Assembly (NCBI GenBank): GCA_012295275.1
Contig: CM022667.1
Location: 11,346,001-11,410,000, forward strand
DNA: 64,000 nt
From: Chrysomallon squamiferum
Taxonomy: Eukaryota > Animalia > Mollusca
Direction: 5' to 3'
Position numbers and translations under genes: made by a program
Notes under the pieces: model-generated
Database searches by the model: none
The model's input: only the letters and a program-made list of their open reading frames with translations
Told to the model about the DNA's origin: nothing
In this document: positions 50,088-64,000 of the stretch, in pieces
Numbering within the stretch: the stretch's first letter is position 1
Layout: every line of letters begins with the position of its first letter

Positions 50088-51164
50088 TCCCCGTCCCTCC
50101 CTCCCTCGCTCTCCACCCTCAGAGATATTCCAATTTTCGTCCACAAATCATCTATAGTAATGTAAAAAAAACAAAAAAAAAAAAAAATAATAAAATTAAA
50201 AAATCAAAAATTAATAATACAAAAATTATGTTCTCTTGTCTACGCACTCACTATTCACTAACTTCTCACTGGAAATACCTCCACCAGCAAACATACAGGA
50301 ATTACTATATATTCCGCGCATGCGGTTTTTAGCATATTTATGAGAATCTTGATAAGAGGTAAATTACTACTGAGATGTATTTTTGACCTCACGTGTCACG
50401 CAAAACCACACCAACCTAGGGGGGGTCAAAGGTAACGAGAAGGAAACAAATTGGACGTCATTTTTATTGTTGTTTAGTCGCGTGGTTTTTGACGTCTGCT
50501 GGTAAACTGAACCCTGCCCCGTTGTTTGATGGATGCAGAGGTTACTCCGGCTCTCAGTTAATGTGCCTGCACGTTTTGCACGTGTGTCGGTTTGTGTGCG
50601 TGTGTATAATACGTATGTATGTGTGCAACTGTTTCGATGTATGCTTGTGTATATGTATGTATTTATGTATGTGTGTATGTGTGTGTGTGCATATATGTGT
50701 ATATATATACGTACTTCTGTACCTGTATGCATTTAAGTAAACATGTAGTATGTTTATGCTTTTGTATATGTGTGTCTGTCTGTTTGTGTGTATATATGTA
50801 ACGTAATGAGATATGTTTCTGTCGTTTTTTTTTTTTTTTTTTTCTCTTAATGGCTAGAATTTTATATTTGACAAGTTTTCTCTCATTCTTTCATTGGCTG
50901 GCATATTTACGTAGCCACAGTAAAGAAGCTCATTAGTTGAAAAAAAACCCACCTATTCTGTGGGTTGACATTTACGAGTGTGTGTGTCTGTTGGTGGCTC
51001 AGGTGATATTTGTCTTACTTAATATGTCAGAACAAATTACCTGCAACTGTAAAGTCTTTTTTCATTTTATTTATTTATTATTATTATTTTTTATTTTTTG
51101 AACGCTCGCATTTTCTCACGCGTACTTGTAAAATATATTCAGGGAGAGAAAGAAAGAAAGAAAT

Positions 51165-51295
<131 letters not shown>

Positions 51296-52335
51296 GCAGC
51301 TATATTTCGTGTATGTTACCCAGTGAGTTTAATAAACTGTTTTTCATCAATGAAACAGTCGAATGATGAATCGGTGTGAACAGTTATTAAAATGTCATAT
51401 ATAATATTTCGATAAAGAGTACCATAATGTAGAAAATTAACCGTGAATAAGTTGTAACAGTGATCTATATTAATTTTTCTTTTCAAATAAATGAATTCCA
51501 TCAATTCCATATATATGTTATATGTATATATGTATGTAAGTATGAATGAATGAATACACTGAAGCATACCTGATAAAATACCATTGTTTAACAAAGATAT
51601 AACAGTATCAAGTGTTTAATTAAACAAATAAGTAAGACAATCACTACCTATGTCGGGGAATATCTGGATATTATGTATTAAGAATCTACGAGAGTTTGGG
51701 ACAATTAATCATATTTTAACAGTTCAGAGTAACACATTAATAACTGTACCTATATGGAACGTTTCTGTTCTTGGGTTTTCATACTGGATAGGCTATGCTT
51801 TACGTAAAAGACAGAGAAAACAAATTCTAGCTGCAAATGCGGAATTTGTAACAAATGGGAGAATACCGCTGACACATTCTGGCGCCGACTCGCGTATCTT
51901 GCACGCGATTATGAACTTCTTTTATTAATGTCTGTTATCTCTGTACACCGTGTTTAGCGACATCACTGACATCAACAACATGTTGTTTATCTCCCGTGTA
52001 TCAAACAAAACGTTTCTCTCTTGTTTTTTGTTTTGTTTTTTTCTTTATTCTTTTTTTTTTTTCATTTTACTTATTTATTTAATTTATTTTATTTATTTTT
52101 TTCTGTGTGTCTCTCTATTATCTTAATTAATTCTGGCACTGAATGATGAGATAAACTCGCTAAAATTTGCTACAGAGTTGTAAAGCTGATTGAGTTATCG
52201 TTCATGCTTTCTGTTGTATTTATTTATTTATGTATTTATTTATTTATTTATTTGTTAGTTTGTTTCAGTGTTTGTTTGTTTTTCTGTTTTCGTCTGTTTT
52301 AATTTTGAATGAGTATTTCTTCTTCTTCTTCTTAC

Positions 52336-52378
<43 letters not shown>

Positions 52379-52746
52379 GTAGTAGTAGTAGTTGTTGTTG
52401 TTGTTCTTCTTCTTCTTGTTCCCTACGTATTTACCTACTTATTTATTTTTATTAGGTTTTTGCTGTTTTTAATTATTTATTGACATTTTTGTTTTTCACA
52501 TTTTTGTCTTAAGTTTCAAACTTTTTTTTACCATTTTTATTTATTCTGTTTTAATGATCTTTATTTACTCTGCTCAGTGATTTGACGATGGTAGTTATAG
52601 AAGCTGTAGTAGTATCAGTAGCAGAAATAAAAGTAGTTTACCAAATAGTAATCGTAGTAGTAATAGTTGTAGTTGTTTTTGCAACAGTAAATGTACATGC
52701 TGGTAATTTCAGACATTAAAGTATTAGTAGTAGTTATTATTTTTTT

Positions 52747-52820
<74 letters not shown>

Positions 52821-53697
52821 CCTCTCTCGTTCTATGTATACCTCTATATATCTGTCTGTCTTTCTCTCTCTTCCTAAGACTTGTACTAAACCAGCAGTCG
52901 TAGTTGCTGCAGTAGCTGATGTTGTAATTTTGTAGTCGAGATAAAACAGAGATGGAGACTCAAACAAAAAAGATAAAAAAAAAAAAAGAAAGAAAGAAAA
53001 CTAGAAATCAAAACGTGAAGGATAAAAAAAAAAAGAGAAAATAATTAGCAAACAGAAGTAAAAAAATACGATTTTTCCTTTGTGAAATAATTCTGCCCTT
53101 TGCCATGCACGATTTCATCAGCAAGATGCACTTTACGATAAAAAAAAAAAAAATATTTAGCGAGAGCTGATGTAGTGATAATGTTGTGTAAAAGGCTTTT
53201 CTTTTTTCTTTTTCCTTTCTTTTTTTTTTTTTTTTTTTCTTTCTTTCTTTCTACTACATACATAATAGATACGTCCTGCTTTTAACATACTTTAACTTAG
53301 TTTAACCAGTCCCAGCCATTCCTGGGCGACAACATCAAAGAGATGTTTCTGCTGATCATGTTAATAAGCTCGTGCGACTGAGCTGTGCATTTGAGTTACG
53401 AGCGAAAGAAACCGCGTGTTTAAGTGGTCTTGTCTATTACGTAATCGCGTGTTGTAATTGCATATGTTTGACCTGGTGCGTTTGTAATTAAAAGGGGTTT
53501 TAGGAATAAAAAGTAAAAGAGACCCCCCAAAAAATATTTCTCAGTTATTTTTTGAATGATAAATGGAAAATGACATAACCATAATTATTTTGAAAGATAT
53601 ATATTTGTTACTTGAAATAGACGTACTTAAAAGTGATATATTTAGAGAAACTGTTAGACTGCATTTCTTAACTTCATTATCTCTTCATATCTCTCTT

Positions 53698-53788
<91 letters not shown>

Positions 53789-53803
53789 ACACACACACAC
53801 ACC

Positions 53804-53841
<38 letters not shown>

Positions 53842-54393
53842 TACATTCGTTATTCACCACGATTCTATTACTTTTTAGGCAGTATTCTAATACTATATAT
53901 TCTTAAGCTTGTATGTCTTTTGTTATACATGCATGTATGTATGTAATTATAGAAGCATTATGTGAGTCACTCTCTATAAATATTGCTTTACAAAGATACC
54001 CTTACATAGAATTATGCACAAAAACACATGTAAACGTCTGTGCATTGTGAACTGAGTCATTTCACTACTCCAGATCTAAAAGTTGGAAAATGTCGTTCTT
54101 TCCATTCTCTCATAAGAGGGCTGCATTCGTCTGTAAGTCACACAGCATTTCCAGAAGATAACAATAGCTTACTCAGCACGCGTAGAAACTACTACTACCA
54201 CTACTACATCTTGAAACAACGCCAACAGACCTCCCCGATTTTGACATGCCATAATGTCGATACCGCGTGTTACAAACAGTAAGTCACTTTTCATCACTAA
54301 CAATGGTATTCTTTCAATGTATTTTTCTATTGTTTTTTTTTTTTTTTTTTTTTTCTTCTTCTTCTTTCTTTTGGGTTTCTTCTTCTTTTTTTT

Positions 54394-54425
<32 letters not shown>

Positions 54426-54609
54426 TTTTTTACCCCCGATTTATTTTATACTGTGGAATAATAGCGAAGAGATGTGTGTTAACTGAGTCGAGTTTATTTT
54501 TTAGCTTTATTACACATTGCGATGAGTTAAACAGTCAGTAAATCTTTCGTTGCTTTTGGCAGTTTTTACTAGCTGCATGTATTTTGTCGTGTGTAGCTTT
54601 GTATACAAA

Positions 54610-54641
<32 letters not shown>

Positions 54642-54772
54642 GTCTCTGTGGGTGCGTGTGTGCGTGCGTGTTTGTGTGTATGAGTAATTGTATGTTGTTG
54701 ATAATTATGACTGCATGCAGCTGAACATACCTGTTCATAATTACAGTCACAAACACAAGCACACGTGCACAC

Positions 54773-54839
<67 letters not shown>

Positions 54840-55449
54840 TGATGATGATGATGATGATAACAAGAAGAGGAAGAACAAGAAGAAAATGATGATGATGATG
54901 ATGATGATGATGATAACGAAGTTAAACGTGAAACAACCTTTTGTTGATGATGTTTTAATGTCATCTGAATCACGGCATTTGGGTCAAGACATCACAAATG
55001 TACAAAACCAATTAAATCTATGTACAACTCACAAACTATAGCAAAATACAAAAAAAGAAGAAAAAGGCTTTGCTGCGACTCAGTCTTTTAAGGCAGTCAA
55101 GTCCAGCGTTACTTTCACGCGAGCTAGCAAACCACACCAAATCCAAGTACGATCAACGTGGGTCCGTGTTCAAACAACGTATCACTTTAGTTCAAGAGGC
55201 AGGCTGTATAAATATATTTCTGAAACATGAAATTGTGTTTTAAATAAACGACGTATAGATTAAATGACTCTACTTTATTAAATTACTGTACAGTACATTG
55301 TGTTTTGGAAATGTTTATGTTTCTTTCAAAACAAAATCCTTTGTAATATCAAACTTTCAAACCATTCCTTTAATATATAAAACATCAATATACAAAAATG
55401 AAAACAGAAAAATCACAGAATTTCTATGTCATCCGTCAGAAAACTAAAT

Positions 55450-55599
<150 letters not shown>

Positions 55600-56294
55600 T
55601 ATTCAGTCATCCTAAAAATGAAGCACGCGCCAAACTGCGTAATCTTTGAAATAGCTCCATTCTGTATTAATAATGCACACAACCGATGACACAAGTTCCA
55701 GCATGTTATCATTTGATCAAAGTCATCCAATAAAAGCAAGCGTTTCTGAAATATTATCTCCTGGAATAGAAATCTCGCAGATCACCCATGTACACCAAGA
55801 ACTGCAGCAATTAAATAAATAATTTTGCCAAGCCTTTCCGATTAAACCTTGTACACGATAAAAGTGAAGATCTCAAAGCATAAGCATCATAACTGTCTGT
55901 AATGCTTTTGTAAACTGCAACATAACTTTTGTGATTGATGTCCAGGCAGAGTCTTTTAAGATACTGCAAAGTAATCTCTGGGAATTTAGATTTTTGCTTT
56001 TCCTTATATTACTTAATCCCATTAGAAGTACGTTCCAGATAATTCATGTTTTACGAATCGAGAGTATAAAGTTATCTACAAGAATTGCAAAATGAATAGA
56101 TGGCACTACGTTAATATGGGATTTTTTTTTTCACAGTAAATTTTCTTCAAGATGATATAACCAGAAATCCTAATTCTTCAACATTCACAGCTGAAGTATG
56201 TAACGAACAGATGACTACTCCATTTTTACGTCTTCCATTCTTACAGTGAGTGTATAAATAATTTTTTTAAAACAAGTCTTATTGTCAGACAAAA

Positions 56295-61064
<4,770 letters not shown>

Positions 61065-61291
61065 CTGAAAGAAGAAAGGAAGTACGTGTAACTGTATATC
61101 AGTAAAATTAAAACAACAAAACAACAAATTTGAAACCTTAGGCTCCCACGCTTGAACAGACCCTCTAGGTGCAAATATTCGCTGTAATAATGGCGATTTT
61201 AAATATAATTATGAGTTCACAACTTTAGGTGTGAATTAGTTTAAAAGCGTATCAGAGAAGATAAATTATTTTCTTTATGTATTGGAAATTG

Positions 61292-61458
<167 letters not shown>

Positions 61459-62587
61459 CTCCCTCTCTCTCACTCACTCTCTAACTCACTCACTCTCTCT
61501 CCTCTCTAATAATTAAAAAGTAACTTGCCAAATGACAAAACAGCCGCTACATGTTCATATTGAAAATGCATCGCCAGCAGGGTAAATAGTCTTGTTTGTT
61601 TTCTTTTCTCTAAAATCACAATCAAATGGTGAGGAAACGTTTTATTTTTATTTTTATTTTTTTATTGCTTCCAGTCAGTCATGAAACTGCTACAAAACAG
61701 CTTAGATAAACTTACGACCCTAAGATCTGTTAATATCAGTATTTCAGTAACGAATGTATTTCGTATTATTTCTGTTTTGGGGTTCTAGGGAATGTTTACC
61801 ATTGCGTAAAAAAGAATTAAACACAGTATAAAAACTAGTAAAACATTTGTTTTTTTGTGTGTTTTTTTGTTGTTTTTTTTTTTTTTTTTTTTTTATACTG
61901 AAACAGAAAACGTACCAAAAAAAAAAAAAAAATACTAATAATGTTTCACAGTAAATTTCTAATCTTTTTTTTTTTTTTTTTTTTTTTTTTATTTTTTTTT
62001 TTTGTTCCTGGATGGATTTGTTTCTTGACTGAGGTGTTAATGGTATTCTAGAAAGTCTGAACATTTTTCTTCCCTTCTTATATGTTTTCCTGAGGAAATA
62101 ATGCTTTGCTGGTATCCTTACCTATCGACATCACTATTCCCGTTCTGTCGTTAACAACAGATTAGCATCAGTACACTTTACCTTTCTTTCTTTTCTTTAT
62201 GCTGGAGAGCCGTGCTATTTTGCTAGTGTTAGTTTCCTAAGCCTGCAGCACAGTTTCATTCTTTACAGTACACTACCACTATTACGCCTGTGGGAAGCCT
62301 GCATCTCAGTGTTCTAAACTGACCTGATGTCAGTGATTCAGATGCTTCCAGTTTATGTCAAATTGCTGTATTAATATACAGACAGGAAAATGTTTATTAA
62401 TCTAGCACCCTTGTCAAGTTTTGCACAAGTAATATCATCTTGTTTATTTTCTATAAAATATATACCAACATATTTTAGTATGTTCTTAAATATGTTAAGA
62501 TATCTTATCTGAAACGAAAACCAACAGATCTTCTTTAAAGAAATAATAATTTTCAGTAAAAAAAGTCGTGAAGTTTGTATATATGTA

Positions 62588-62621
<34 letters not shown>

Positions 62622-64000
62622 CATACATACATATATACAAACTTCAAAGCAGTTAATAACAAAGAAGTAATAAGAAATGATGAAAAGATGTGTATTTTTG
62701 TTTTTATTTTATTTTTTCTCTCGCATCAGTCGTTTTTTTTTTTTTTTTTTTTTTTTTTAAAGCATACAAGCATTAACACATCTAGAGACATTTATATTTA
62801 ACTTCGCTGCTTGTTTTCAGCTGGAGAAACGGTTTATTCTGCTCCTATCTCCGTTGGAGAATCTATACCCCCGTCTTGCCATTTTACAGCAGATTATCAC
62901 CAGTAGGCCTATTCTTTTTTCTTTATTTACTATTTAACTTGGAGATCGGGTTTCTCTGCTCTTATCAAAGTATTCCACATATCCCCAGCTTACCATTTAC
63001 AATCGATTAAAAGATCAGACGAAAACCTACCTTAACCAACATGAGATAAAAGCAACAGCGTGAAAAAAAGAAGAAAAAGAAAGAAATCACCCACACCTCG
63101 CTGCTAAGGGAATTCTCGCGTGGTAACGCGATATTTCGCATTAATGCTCCGCCATCTTTAATTTTTATGGAACAGGTGATGACTGTTACCTGTGCGTGTT
63201 TTTAAAGAAAATAAAACGTGATAACAAAACTGTGTGCTGCTTTGATGGGATTCCATCTTGCTGTACTCTGCTGACGAACAACACAAGAATTCATCGCCGA
63301 CATGTGTAAGAACGCGGTCTTCGGTTCTCTCCGTAAACAGCCGTGTTACACAGGTAGACGGGAATGTTTGTTGATCCGCTAGCCGGCCCGTGTTAATGTT
63401 GTTTTAAGTCGGGGCAGATTCGGTTTCAAAAATATTGATCAGATACTAGCAAAATCTGTTTGAAAATATTTGTCTTTGCTACGATGAATGCCACCTATTT
63501 TTGTGTGATTAAATAGTGGTTCATGTATCACAGAAACTATAAACACTATGACTTTTTAAATAAATAAAACACATAAACTTATATATATATATCGTGATAT
63601 CATATATATATATATCATATCATATCGTGATATCATATATATATTTGCACTGAAGGCCATGTAGACGTTTTCTAATATTTAAAATAATAAATACAAAAAT
63701 AAATAGTAGTAGACATAACGCTGAATTCAGTTCATTTAATAATTATATTTTGTAGTAAGAATTTTATATTTTGTATTTTCAAAATCAATGACAATAGGCA
63801 CTTTCCATTACAACGTTGTTGTTTTTTGTTTTTTTTGAGGAGGGGTTTGATCAATTTATACATATAACGATGATATATCGGAGAAATTTGATTTTATTTT
63901 AAAATCAGGTTTGTATATTCAAGAGTAAGCGAGCAGAATAGTTCAAAGATATTTGCACTTTTCATTGATTATTCTGACAATGTGGGTGCAGTTATGCGCA

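Overview
AT-rich, microsatellite-dense eukaryotic (animal, probably molluscan/lophotrochozoan) genomic DNA; nearly all ORFs in the supplied track are simple-repeat artefacts. Positions ~1-46.3 kb hold a tandem cluster of small spliced genes encoding secreted signal peptide + PAN/Apple + C-type lectin (CTL) proteins of ~240-254 aa. I reconstructed seven intact genes by hand from GT-AG junctions and exon phases (labelled B, D, E, F, G, H, I), one PAN-only gene or alternative 5' module (C), and about ten pseudogene or orphan-exon relics. The cluster shows birth-and-death evolution, a repeating 'gene + inverted dead gene' unit, a variable sugar-binding loop and shared promoter blocks. At 56.3-61.1 kb on the minus strand is the 3' part of a Neto-like CUB-CUB-LDLa-TM gene with a 30-nt microexon. 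All protein calls rest on motif recognition only; no database search was run.
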